Positions 41,561-51,279 of a stretch of DNA of 64,000 nucleotides are shown here, piece by piece. The notes under the pieces were generated by a model that worked only from the letters and a program-made list of their open reading frames with translations, was not told the origin of the DNA and searched no databases. How positions within the stretch are numbered: the first letter of the stretch is position 1; every line of letters begins with the position of its first letter. The position numbers and the translations under genes are program-made. The DNA is from an uncultured Candidatus Saccharibacteria bacterium (GTDB lineage Bacteria > Patescibacteriota > Saccharimonadia > Saccharimonadales > JAUPVS01): NCBI GenBank assembly GCA_964627095.1, contig CAZVKH010000003.1:21248-85247 (forward strand), given 5' to 3'.

Positions 41561-43305
41561 AGCTAGCCTTACCTAATCCCAAAGATAAGGTTTTGTCTTG
41601 GAAGAAAGCCCGAGATGAAAAACCCAAGGACTACACCCTAGAGTTTGGCGAACAGGATCCGATGGACGCCATAAGCTACTCAGGGCTACAAGAGGAACCA
41701 GATTACCTCATAATTGACGGTATTTACGTGAGAACTCTGTTTATATCTGGCTATCCCTTTGTTGCTAATTCCGGCTGGCTTAACAGCCTTATAAACTTCA
41801 ATAACAATGTTGATATCAGCTATCACATCACACAGGTCAATGCCACCAAGGCTCTACCAAAGCTGCACCGTAAAATCACCGAACTGGAAAGCACCAAGCG
41901 AACCCTCATTAAAGCTGGCAAGATTGTCGGGCCAGAAGTTACCGATCCGCTTGAATCAGCTACTGAGCTGCGTGACAAGATCCAACGAGGCCAAGAGATG
42001 CTGTTTCAAACCTCAATTTATGTAGCCCTGACGGCACCGACACTGGCCGAGCTAGATAAAACTACCAACCTGCTTGAAACTGCCCTAGCAGCGCGTTTGT
42101 TCTTTACTAAAAGCGCCCGCTACCAACAAATTGAAGGGCTGCAATCAATTCTGCCAAGAAGCGAAGACATACTTAACCAACGCCGCAACTTAGACAGCTC
42201 CTCGGTTGCTCTGACATTCCCATTTATGAGTTCTGAGTTGGTACAAGAATCCGGCATTCTCTACGGTGTTAACAAGTCTAATAACTCGCTGGTGATTTTG
42301 GATCGCTTTAGTTTGCACAATGCTAACTCCATCGTCTTTGCCCAAAGCGGTTCGGGCAAAAGTTATGCCACGAAAGTTGAGATCCTGCGCCAACTCATGC
42401 AAGGCACCAGCGTGATTGTCATTGACCCAGAGCGTGAATATAAACTGCTCAGTGAATCTGTTAAGGGCAGTTACGTAAAACTCTCCGCTAATAGCAAGCA
42501 AAAGATTAACCCATTTGATATTGCTAACAGAAGTACGCGAGTTAAGGACTTATCCGAGCACATTCAAGACTTAACTGAAGTCGTTAGTCTGATGGCTGAG
42601 GGGCTTGAGCCTGCCGAAAAGGCCGCTACAGATAAAGCCCTGCTTAACATGTACAAGAAAGCTGGTAAACACCAACCGATATTAAGTGATCTCTACCACG
42701 AGCTGAAGCTACTAAAGCAAACCAAGCTATGTGAAAGACTAGAAAAGTACATCTCAGGTTCTCTGGCTAATGTCTTTAACTCACCGAGTAATGTTAGCCT
42801 GGCCAACCGCTTGATTATCTTTGACATCAAAGACATGCCCGAATCACTCCGGCAAATCATGATGCTAATTATCTCTAACTTCGTGCAAAATCAGGTGAAG
42901 CACAAACCAAAGAAGCGTCTGTTAGTTATAGATGAGGGCTGGTTACTACTGGAACACGATGAATCAGCACGGTTTGTTTCAGGGCTGGTTAGACGAGCTA
43001 GAAAGTATTATCTGGGAGTGTCTATCATCTCCCAGCAAGCCAACGACTTTTTGAAGAACGACTACGGCCGGGCAATTGCCTCGCAAAGCTCACTTCGTAT
43101 TCTGATGCGTCAAGATACAACCACAATTAAAAATGTCGTTTCTCAGTTTAACTTGAGCGAATACGAATCAAACTTCCTGCTGACCTGCGATAAGGGCGAG
43201 GCACTGATCATTGCCGACAAGAATCACGTAGCCGTAAAAGTCGTTGCCTCCAAGAAAGAACACCCGTTAATCACCACCAACCCTGCGGAAATATATGATC
43301 TATGA
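41557..43305 (+). CDS. virB4: VirB4-family T4SS ATPase, C-terminal ATPase portion
   Basis: Walker A AQSGSGKSYATK and Walker B LLVIDEGW, plus the IDGIYVRTLFISGYP region. Confidence 0.85.
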   Translation: MKLALPNPKDKVLSWKKARDEKPKDYTLEFGEQDPMDAISYSGLQEEPDYLIIDGIYVRTLFISGYPFVANSGWLNSLINFNNNVDISYHITQVNATKALPKLHRKITELESTKRTLIKAGKIVGPEVTDPLESATELRDKIQRGQEMLFQTSIYVALTAPTLAELDKTTNLLETALAARLFFTKSARYQQIEGLQSILPRSEDILNQRRNLDSSSVALTFPFMSSELVQESGILYGVNKSNNSLVILDRFSLHNANSIVFAQSGSGKSYATKVEILRQLMQGTSVIVIDPEREYKLLSESVKGSYVKLSANSKQKINPFDIANRSTRVKDLSEHIQDLTEVVSLMAEGLEPAEKAATDKALLNMYKKAGKHQPILSDLYHELKLLKQTKLCERLEKYISGSLANVFNSPSNVSLANRLIIFDIKDMPESLRQIMMLIISNFVQNQVKHKPKKRLLVIDEGWLLLEHDESARFVSGLVRRARKYYLGVSIISQQANDFLKNDYGRAIASQSSLRILMRQDTTTIKNVVSQFNLSEYESNFLLTCDKGEALIIADKNHVAVKVVASKKEHPLITTNPAEIYDL

Positions 43306-43961
43306 GTATCTTGCTGTGGGTATTAAAGTCATGCAAGCGAGAACTGTATATCGTTTTGATTACACTTGCCGTGCTGATGAGTATTCCGGCTGCTGCGGTG
43401 GTCGTATTTGCGGATGCTGGTATCCAACTGATTAGTGATGCCCTCGTTTCTGTTAACCCAGCCACGCGCCTGGTTGAGATCTTTGATTCTAATGGCAATA
43501 AGGTTGCCGAGCTAGAACTATCAACCAACTGGCCAGCCCGTGGCTATGTATCGGATGAGTTTGGAACTTGGGAAGCGTGGCGCAAAGCCATGGGTCTCGG
43601 GCCTCACACTGGTATAGACATTGCTAATCAATATGGAGACTACGGTGATCCGATCACTCCGTTCATGGTCGGCAAGGTTTTATATAACCACGACATTGAT
43701 GACAACAGTTGTGGCAAGTTTGTCAAACTGCAACATGAGCACAACATTACCTCGCTTTATTGCCACCTAGATAATACGGCTGGCATTACGCCCGGTACAA
43801 ACGTTAAGCCAGGCGACATTATTGGCTACATGGGTAACACTGGCAGCTCAACTGGTGTGCATTTGCATTTTATGATCCAGGTGTATGGAATAAATGTTAA
43901 TCCTAGGACATTTATGGTCGGCGAGCCAGAAGGGAGCGTCAGTCGTGTTCCAAGTTTCTGA
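43302..43961 (+). CDS. M23 family metallopeptidase (T4SS-associated cell-wall hydrolase)
   Basis: N-terminal TM anchor, HTGIDIA and GNTGSSTGVHLHF motifs. Confidence 0.85.
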   Translation: MSILLWVLKSCKRELYIVLITLAVLMSIPAAAVVVFADAGIQLISDALVSVNPATRLVEIFDSNGNKVAELELSTNWPARGYVSDEFGTWEAWRKAMGLGPHTGIDIANQYGDYGDPITPFMVGKVLYNHDIDDNSCGKFVKLQHEHNITSLYCHLDNTAGITPGTNVKPGDIIGYMGNTGSSTGVHLHFMIQVYGINVNPRTFMVGEPEGSVSRVPSF

Positions 43962-46509
43962 TGTGTTAAACATTTTGTATCCCGTACTTATATTTCTGAC
44001 CATTGCTTTTGTAATTGCGCTTATTCTACTTGGGCTTAGGTTTATCTATTCAAAATACTGGCAACTAACCTCAGGCTACACCCTACTGGAGCTAACCCCG
44101 CCAGCTTTTATTGATCGTTCAGCGCAAGCCACTGAAGCCTTGTTTACGGCTATCCACGGACTGGGTATGACACACTCACTAAGCGAAATGCTACTCGGCA
44201 AGACGCCGGTGTTTAGTGTTGAAATTGTTTCTACCAGAAAAGATGGTATTCGGTTTTTAGTCAGAGCACCTGAGGAACGTGCCGGAACCCTGGAGCAGAT
44301 TATTTCCTCGTACATTCCAGAAGTAAAAGTGAAGCGAGTTTCAGACTACCTTAGAACCGAGTTTAAAGGCAGAATACTAGAGTTTAAGCAGTCTCGGCAT
44401 TTTGCCTATCCACTTAAGAACTTTGACGAACTATCCAACCACGATCCAGTTGGCTACATTCTTTCCAGCATGACTAAACTGCCTGATAACGAACTTATAG
44501 CCTACCAAGTTGTCTTTACGCCCAAGAACGTCCGCGAAGCCACCGAACTAAGCCGGAGGATACTGAGAAACGATGCTCTGCCGTCTCGGCAAAAGAAGCG
44601 CCCGATTGTCGGAACAGCAATTCGCTTGCTCAACAGCGCTATGTTTAGCTTTGCCGATGCCTTCAGCATGTCTTATCACGGACCAAACAATTATGATTAT
44701 GCCAAAAGGCAGCGTGATCTTAGCTATCAAAAACAAGTTTATGACGAAACCAGACCAGCTCGCACACTTAGCTACTTTGAACATGAGCTGATGGAATCTA
44801 TTCACCAAAAACTTAGTCGTCCTTTGTTTCAAACTAACATTAGAGCGTTTATTTTAGCGGATCGCAAAGCCACCAGCACGCACCGTAAATCGATTGATTC
44901 AGCACTGAGTCTGTTTACAGTTCCAAAGTATCAGTCACTAAAGCTCAAGCACCGCAAGTACTCGTTTGCTGCCAAGTTACTTGATTATATGTACCGCAAA
45001 CGAATCCTAAGCGTGACCATGTCCCCAATGTACTTAGGTGCGAATGAACTTTCAGACCTGTATCACTTTCCAAACTCACTCTCGGCTAAGACTGAAAATG
45101 TTGTGAAGTCGCTGAGCAAAACGTTACCGGCACCAGTGTCACTCAAAAACGGCACTGAGCTTGATGTTTTATATGGAGAAAACATTCACCACGGCCAACA
45201 CACCCCAATAGGACTGACAGCTAACGAGCGCGAACGACACATGTATGTGATTGGTGGAACTGGCAACGGTAAAACGACCATGCTGCTCTATAGCATAGTC
45301 CAGGATATTCAGGCTGGTAAGGGTGTAGCGGTGCTTGACCCACACGGCGATCTGGCAACAACAATACTACGCTATATTCCAAAGGAAAGGATCAAAGATG
45401 TCGTTTATATAAACCCTGATGATTTATCTAGACCAATTGGCATTAACTTGCTAGAACTTTCTCCAGATATCTCAGGAGACGAGTTACTAAGAGAAAAGGA
45501 TTTAGTGACAGAATCAACCATTTCAGTCCTGCGTAAAATCTTCTCCGATGACGATACCGGCGGACACAGGATTGAATACGTGCTCAGAAATACCATTCAA
45601 ACCGCACTGACGCTAGAAGGCTCCACACTCTTTACAATCTTCAACTTACTCAACAACACAAAGTATCGAAAAGATGTGGTCAGAAATCTCGAAGATGAAG
45701 ATCTCAAGAACTTTTGGAAGAATGAAATGGGCAAAGCCGGTGACTTTCAGCGCGTTAAGATGGCGGCTGGTATTACCGCTAAAATTGGACGTTTCTTATT
45801 CTCAGCTTCAGCCAAGCGTATCTTAGAGCAAGAAAAGTCTACCATCGACTTCAGTGAAATCTTAGAATCTAAGAAGATCGTTATTTGCAATTTTTCTAAA
45901 GGACTACTTGGCGAGGACACATCAGCTTTGTTCGGTACAACCATTCTAGCGAAGTTTCAGGTTGCTGCACTTCGGCGTGCACGAAACAAGCAAGAAGACC
46001 GACAACCCTACTATCTCTACGTTGATGAGTTCCAGAACTTTGCCACTATGAGCTTTGTGCAGATGCTGTCTGAAGCTAGAAAGTATAAGCTGTTTCTAAC
46101 CATGGCCGAGCAATCTACCCAGCAACAGCAAGAACAACGCATGGTTGATATTATCCTGGCTAACGTCGGCACAATTGTTGCGTTCCGCTCAGGCAGCCCA
46201 GCTGATGAGCGGTTAATACTACCTTTGTTCTCGCCGTATATTAACGAGGGAGAGATTGCTAACCTACCAGCCTACAACTTCTATACTCGAATCTCTTCTG
46301 TTGATGCCCAAGAGCCTATGTCGGGCGTGACAGTGTTGCTAGACAGCAAAGGCAGAGATGAGACGGCACAAGCAGTTATTGAAGCTTCAAGAAATGCGTA
46401 CGGATATGAACGTCCACAAGAACCCAAAAAGAAACCTGATAACCCAAAACCTGCTCAAGAACCTACTCCCAAGAAAACAAAGCAACAAACTCTCGAGGAG
46501 GTTGCATAG
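43945..46509 (+). CDS. virD4: Type IV coupling protein (VirD4/TraD/TraG family)
   Basis: N-terminal TM helices, Walker A GGTGNGKTT and Walker B YYLYVDEFQNF. The GTG at 43945 is preceded by GGGAG, while the ORF-track start at 43894 overlaps the M23 gene. Confidence 0.8.
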   Translation: MFQVSDVLNILYPVLIFLTIAFVIALILLGLRFIYSKYWQLTSGYTLLELTPPAFIDRSAQATEALFTAIHGLGMTHSLSEMLLGKTPVFSVEIVSTRKDGIRFLVRAPEERAGTLEQIISSYIPEVKVKRVSDYLRTEFKGRILEFKQSRHFAYPLKNFDELSNHDPVGYILSSMTKLPDNELIAYQVVFTPKNVREATELSRRILRNDALPSRQKKRPIVGTAIRLLNSAMFSFADAFSMSYHGPNNYDYAKRQRDLSYQKQVYDETRPARTLSYFEHELMESIHQKLSRPLFQTNIRAFILADRKATSTHRKSIDSALSLFTVPKYQSLKLKHRKYSFAAKLLDYMYRKRILSVTMSPMYLGANELSDLYHFPNSLSAKTENVVKSLSKTLPAPVSLKNGTELDVLYGENIHHGQHTPIGLTANERERHMYVIGGTGNGKTTMLLYSIVQDIQAGKGVAVLDPHGDLATTILRYIPKERIKDVVYINPDDLSRPIGINLLELSPDISGDELLREKDLVTESTISVLRKIFSDDDTGGHRIEYVLRNTIQTALTLEGSTLFTIFNLLNNTKYRKDVVRNLEDEDLKNFWKNEMGKAGDFQRVKMAAGITAKIGRFLFSASAKRILEQEKSTIDFSEILESKKIVICNFSKGLLGEDTSALFGTTILAKFQVAALRRARNKQEDRQPYYLYVDEFQNFATMSFVQMLSEARKYKLFLTMAEQSTQQQQEQRMVDIILANVGTIVAFRSGSPADERLILPLFSPYINEGEIANLPAYNFYTRISSVDAQEPMSGVTVLLDSKGRDETAQAVIEASRNAYGYERPQEPKKKPDNPKPAQEPTPKKTKQQTLEEVA

Positions 46510-46570
46510 CCACCACTATATTTGTGGTTTGGACAGCACAGACTACAGCTAGCCTATGCAATTTCTTGTA

Positions 46571-46598
46571 TTGACATACCCCCTAGGGGTACTATAAT
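46571..46598 (+). promoter_or_regulatory. Promoter with an embedded CsoR-type operator
   Basis: TTGACA (46571-46576), then 16 nt, then TATAAT (46593-46598). The spacer contains the perfect inverted repeat TACCCC-cta-GGGGTA (46577-46591), which resembles known GC-rich CsoR operators. Confidence 0.6.
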
Positions 46599-46604
46599 TG
46601 AAGT

Positions 46605-46889
46605 ATGATAGTCGAAATAAAGAAACGTGCGTTACACCGAGCCAGAATACTTGAAGGGCAAATGCGTGGCGTACAGAAGATGATTGAAAATGAAGACTAC
46701 TGTATGGACGTCATCACCCAGAGCCTAGCCATTCAAAAGTCCATCAGTTCCTTAAATAAGCTTATACTAGAGAATCACGTTCGAACTCACGTAAAAGAAA
46801 GTCTTCGCTCTACTTCAGAAAAAGAACAAGACAAGGCAGTAGCCGAGCTACTGGCCCTATACGAACTAACCAACGTGAGGAGCAAATAA
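46605..46889 (+). CDS. csoR: CsoR/RcnR family metal-sensing transcriptional repressor
   Basis: 94 aa with RILEGQMRGVQKMIENEDYCMDVITQSLAIQKSI, typical of this family (DUF156). Confidence 0.8.
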   Translation: MIVEIKKRALHRARILEGQMRGVQKMIENEDYCMDVITQSLAIQKSISSLNKLILENHVRTHVKESLRSTSEKEQDKAVAELLALYELTNVRSK

Positions 46890-46892
46890 AAA

Positions 46893-47261
46893 ATGAGACT
46901 AGCAACAGCTATAAAGACATTCCTAGTCCTATTTGCTGTTGTGCTTCTTAATTCAGCTAGCCTAACCGGTCACTCTATAGCTATGCCGGCTCAGGCTCAC
47001 GATATGAAGGCTATGAACCATAGCTCTAGCGATACTAGTTCGTGTGCAACTCTGTGTCGCACGGTAGTAGTTGGCAAAGAAGAAAACATTATTAAACCTG
47101 AGGAGAAAGAAAAGGACAAAAACCCTGTACCTTACTATCTTCAAAGCCAAAACCAGTCATTTACAGACGTAAGGAGTATATCCAAGCGTTCCTACGCTTC
47201 TAATGTCAAACCACCTCCTAAGATACCGATTTACATACTCTATGGTGTCTTCCGAGCTTAG
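46893..47261 (+). CDS. Hypothetical secreted protein with a His/Met-rich segment
   Basis: Signal-like N-terminus and the segment HSIAMPAQAHDMKAMNH. The function is unknown. Confidence 0.4.
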   Translation: MRLATAIKTFLVLFAVVLLNSASLTGHSIAMPAQAHDMKAMNHSSSDTSSCATLCRTVVVGKEENIIKPEEKEKDKNPVPYYLQSQNQSFTDVRSISKRSYASNVKPPPKIPIYILYGVFRA

Positions 47262-47311
47262 GATTTGTTTGTTAATCAAATAACATCTTAAATATAACTT
47301 TGGAGAGCATA

Positions 47312-47977
47312 ATGAAGAATAAGAACATAATAATCATTGCAATCGTAGCAATCGTAGCAATTGCGGGTATCAGTATTTACGCTATCAGCAATAACAATGA
47401 CGGAATGATGGGCGACAATATGATGGGAAGTAACTCGTCACAACAAGCTAGTTCGAGTAGTCTTGTAGACAAGAACTCGGCTGATTACAAAATGTACAGC
47501 GAGCTTACAGGCGAAGACTATGACAGAATGTTTATTGCTAACATGATAGAGCATCATAGGGGTGCTGTTGACATGGCAAAGCTTGCTCAGACGAACGCTA
47601 AGCATCAAGAGCTAAAAGATATGGCAGATGACATCATCTCGGCTCAAAGCAAAGAAATAGCCGATATGGAAAGCTGGCAGAAGCAGTGGGGCTACCCTGC
47701 AAGTAGTGGTGAAATGATGATGGATCATTCAGCAATGGGAATGATGGCTGATATGGGACAAATGACCGAAAACTTAAAAAGCTTATCTGGCGATGAGTTT
47801 GATAAAGCTTTCCTTGCTTCTATGATTGAACATCATCAGTCAGCTATAAATATGGCAGCACCTGGAGCGACTAACGCCGAACATCAAGAGGTTAAAGACC
47901 TAACGACAGCAATAGTTTCAGCTCAAACAAATGAAATAGAGCAAATGAAACAGTGGCAAAAAGAATGGGGCTACTAA
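47312..47977 (+). CDS. DUF305 domain protein (two repeats), membrane-anchored
   Basis: Duplicated MIEHH(R/Q)(G/S)A(V/I)(D/N)MA motifs. GGAGAG lies before the ATG at 47312. Confidence 0.75.
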   Translation: MKNKNIIIIAIVAIVAIAGISIYAISNNNDGMMGDNMMGSNSSQQASSSSLVDKNSADYKMYSELTGEDYDRMFIANMIEHHRGAVDMAKLAQTNAKHQELKDMADDIISAQSKEIADMESWQKQWGYPASSGEMMMDHSAMGMMADMGQMTENLKSLSGDEFDKAFLASMIEHHQSAINMAAPGATNAEHQEVKDLTTAIVSAQTNEIEQMKQWQKEWGY

Positions 47978-47992
47978 TCGTAGGTAATAATT

Positions 47993-48502
47993 ATGGGAAA
48001 CAAAATATTCTACGGATTTTTAGTCGTTGCCACAGTAGGCTTTCTTGCTGTCATAACAATTAACAAAGAACCCGAAAAACCAAGACCAGGAAATGAACAT
48101 CAAGATAATGGCCGTCAACACGTACAATCCAAGGACTATGGTGGCGAGGAGCCTCCTACTTCTGGTGACCATGCAGAACCACTAGCTTGGCGGGTGTATG
48201 ACCAAGAAATACCTGATGCAAACGCTATACATAACATGGAACACGGCGGGGTTTACATCTCCTACAGACCAGATTTACCTAAAGACCAGATTGAAAAGAT
48301 AAAGTCGCTATTCTCAAAGCCGTACTCAAATCCGAACTTTAGTCCTATAAAAGCCATCGTAGCACCTCGTGCGAACAATAAGGCACCGATAGTAATGTCA
48401 TCGTGGACTCGCAGTCAGTCGTTTGAGAGTTTTGATGAAGCTAAGATAATTGAATACTACCTTGCCAATATAGGCAAAAGTCCAGAGCCAGGAGCGAGCT
48501 AA
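47993..48502 (+). CDS. DUF3105 domain protein
   Basis: N-terminal TM segment and an HNMEHGGVYISY motif. Confidence 0.65.
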   Translation: MGNKIFYGFLVVATVGFLAVITINKEPEKPRPGNEHQDNGRQHVQSKDYGGEEPPTSGDHAEPLAWRVYDQEIPDANAIHNMEHGGVYISYRPDLPKDQIEKIKSLFSKPYSNPNFSPIKAIVAPRANNKAPIVMSSWTRSQSFESFDEAKIIEYYLANIGKSPEPGAS

Positions 48503-50523
48503 TGGACCACTCGCACCACACGCAACATCACGAAGAACACCAAGAACACGACAAGCACGCAGGTCATTCTGTTGCAATGTTTAGGGATAAGTTCTGGCTT
48601 TCCTTAATTTTAACCATACCTGTGCTTATGTACTCCGAGATGATACAGCATTGGCTCGGCTTCACACCGCCAGACTTTCCAGGCTCACAATATGTCCCGT
48701 TTGTTTTGAGTACAGTCATCTTCTTTTACGGCGGTATGGTTTTCATCAAAGGTGCGATTGGCGAACTAAAGGCTCGATTACCTGGCATGATGACACTCAT
48801 CAGCTTGGCAATCATAACGGCCTATGTCTATAGCGTTGCCACTCAGTTTTTCATTGAGGGAGAGGGTTTCTTCTGGGAACTTGCAACCCTAGTAACAATA
48901 ATGTTACTAGGGCATTGGCTTGAAATGGCATCGGTGGCGAAAGCAGAAAATACTTTAGACGCTATCTCAAAGCTACTGCCAGATAAGGCTGAAAAGTTAG
49001 TTAATGGTAAGCCAAAACAAGTATTAGTCAGTGAGCTAACTGTTGGCGACTTAGTGCTTGTAAGACCAGGAACAAGAATACCGATTGACGGCGTAATAAA
49101 AGACGGTAGTTCATCAATAGATGAAGCTGCTATTACTGGCGAGTCAAAACCAGTTAGTAAGACTGTAGATGATGAGGTAGTGGCAGGTACAGTAAATCAG
49201 GACGGTTCTTTAACAGTTAAAATTACAAAGCTTGGTGACGATACAGCACTCGCAGGAATAATGCGACTAGTCGCCGAAGCACAAACCTCAAAATCTAATG
49301 TGCAAGTATTGGCCGATAAAGCAGCCTTTTACCTAACTATAGTGGCAATAGTCACCGCAGTTATTACTTTCATTTACTGGTTAGTTGCTAAAGATATGAA
49401 CTTCGCCCTAGAGCGGTCAGTAACAGTTCTGATTATTGCTTGTCCTCATGCACTTGGTTTGGCGATACCGTTAGTTGTTTCAATCTCTACTACGCTATCT
49501 GCAAAGAACGGTTTGTTGGTACGTAAAAGATTAGCGCTTGAATCAGCACGGAAGCTAGACTGGGTCTTGTTTGATAAGACGGGTACACTAACCAAAGGGG
49601 AACATGGCGTTACTGACGTATGGGCGACAAAAGGCTATTCAAATGAAGATGTTTTGCATCTTACCGCCAGTCTTGAACAGAACAGCGAACATATTGTTGG
49701 CAAAGGAATTGTACGTAAAGCAGAAGAAGACAATGTGCATCTTGATAAGGTTACTAACTTTAAGGCTTTACCTGGCTTAGGTGTACAAGGAACTCTGCAT
49801 GGCAACGATGTATACATTGCAGCCAGCTACCGTTATATTGAAGAAAATAAGCTTACGATCCCTACTGAAATAGCCAAAGCCGTTAAGCAAGCTGCTAAAG
49901 AGGGTAAAACCGAAGTGTACCTAATTTCGAACAAGAAAGTAATCGGTGCGTTGGGGCTGGCAGATATTGTGAGAGATGAATCAAGGCAAGCGATTAGAAC
50001 CCTACGAGAGATGAACATTAGGACGGCTATGATTACTGGCGATTCTGATGAAGTTGCAGCATACGTTTCAAAGCAACTAGGCTTGGACCAATATTTTGCA
50101 GAAGTTAGACCCGAAGACAAAGCTGCTAAAGTCAAAGAACTACAGAAAAACCGACAAAAGGTTGCAATGGTTGGAGACGGCATCAATGATGCACCTGCTC
50201 TTACTCAAGCAGACATAGGTTTAGCTATAGGTGCTGGTACTGATGTAGCTATTAAGTCGGCAGACATAATCCTCGTGAAAAGCGACCCACAAGATGTAGT
50301 AAAGGTGATAAATCTTTCAAAAGCGACATATAAGAAAATGACCCAGAACCTAGTCTGGGCTACTGGCTATAATGTGTTCGCAATCCCTCTGGCTGCTGGG
50401 GTATTTTACGGAGCGGGTATAATACTTGCCCCTGCACTTGGTGCGATACTAATGTCAGTCTCCACTGTCGTAGTGGCTATAAATGCACAGCTGCTAAGAC
50501 GAACGTCATTGCGACGAGTATGA
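48502..50523 (+). CDS. copB: Copper-translocating P1B-type ATPase, CopB-like (CPH motif, His-rich N-terminus)
   Basis: N-terminus MDHSHHTQHHEEHQEHDKHAGH. The TM motif is CPH (IIACPHALGLA). DKTGTLT, GDGINDAP and TGES are present. Confidence 0.9.
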   Translation: MDHSHHTQHHEEHQEHDKHAGHSVAMFRDKFWLSLILTIPVLMYSEMIQHWLGFTPPDFPGSQYVPFVLSTVIFFYGGMVFIKGAIGELKARLPGMMTLISLAIITAYVYSVATQFFIEGEGFFWELATLVTIMLLGHWLEMASVAKAENTLDAISKLLPDKAEKLVNGKPKQVLVSELTVGDLVLVRPGTRIPIDGVIKDGSSSIDEAAITGESKPVSKTVDDEVVAGTVNQDGSLTVKITKLGDDTALAGIMRLVAEAQTSKSNVQVLADKAAFYLTIVAIVTAVITFIYWLVAKDMNFALERSVTVLIIACPHALGLAIPLVVSISTTLSAKNGLLVRKRLALESARKLDWVLFDKTGTLTKGEHGVTDVWATKGYSNEDVLHLTASLEQNSEHIVGKGIVRKAEEDNVHLDKVTNFKALPGLGVQGTLHGNDVYIAASYRYIEENKLTIPTEIAKAVKQAAKEGKTEVYLISNKKVIGALGLADIVRDESRQAIRTLREMNIRTAMITGDSDEVAAYVSKQLGLDQYFAEVRPEDKAAKVKELQKNRQKVAMVGDGINDAPALTQADIGLAIGAGTDVAIKSADIILVKSDPQDVVKVINLSKATYKKMTQNLVWATGYNVFAIPLAAGVFYGAGIILAPALGAILMSVSTVVVAINAQLLRRTSLRRV

Positions 50524-50667
50524 TCTGGTATTATTTATACTACATGTTGCTTGTCGGCAACCATAGTAAAGTGCCTGCTTGTTCCCTTAGGCTATACCCT
50601 AATGATCTTTAGCTGCAGGATTTAAAAGAGAGACTATCTGTCCTCTCGCAAGGTACACAAGCCTCTC

Positions 50668-50695
50668 TACTACAGTATGATAGCAAACTGTAGTA
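50668..50695. promoter_or_regulatory. Perfect 9-bp inverted repeat (candidate operator) upstream of 50717
   Basis: TACTACAGT-10 nt-ACTGTAGTA, ending 21 nt before the ATG at 50717. Confidence 0.35.
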
Positions 50696-50716
50696 AATTA
50701 TCCACTAGGAGGGCTT

Positions 50717-51265
50717 ATGGTTAACGTATCAGATGACTCACTCGACGAGTTTATTAAGATTTCAAAGGAACAAGGCACCGAATATAACGATCGGGCTGAA
50801 GCGCGGCGGTCTGCTAATAACCTCGTTGGCTTCTTTGACATACTCATTCAAATTGATCAGCAGGAACGCGCACGCAAGAAACGCCTAGAGCAAGAGCCTG
50901 GTGGCTTTACGTTTCCTGGCAAGGGTAGAAACTGCATGTTATGTGGTCGTTCAGTGCATGGAGACATGTTTTACGACAAATGGGGTCAGCAGTGCTTTGA
51001 TTGCCACGAGGCGCACAAAAAGCGCATAGTGCCTGGCTACGCTTTTGGCGACCATAAACACGAAAAGTCCGTTACCAGCTCAACCTTGCAATACAAGTTT
51101 GATGTCAGCCACATGACGCTCAAGAAGCTAGTACGCCAGGGCAAACTAAAAGCTCGCGTCATTCCGGGCAACGGCGTGATGATCTTCTTACGCAAAGAAA
51201 ATCCGGGTATAGTGAAGATCATTGAGCAGGACAAGAAAGAGCGTGAGGAATCAAAGCGTGGCTAA
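50717..51265 (+). CDS. Hypothetical protein with a Zn-ribbon (CxxC...CxxCH) and a C-terminal excisionase/MerR-like HTH
   Basis: CMLCGRSVHGDMFYDKWGQQCFDCH, then VSHMTLKKLVRQGKLKARVIPGNGVMIFLRKE. RBS AGGAGGG. Confidence 0.45.
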   Translation: MVNVSDDSLDEFIKISKEQGTEYNDRAEARRSANNLVGFFDILIQIDQQERARKKRLEQEPGGFTFPGKGRNCMLCGRSVHGDMFYDKWGQQCFDCHEAHKKRIVPGYAFGDHKHEKSVTSSTLQYKFDVSHMTLKKLVRQGKLKARVIPGNGVMIFLRKENPGIVKIIEQDKKEREESKRG

Positions 51266-51279
51266 AAGCGCCTCTCACT

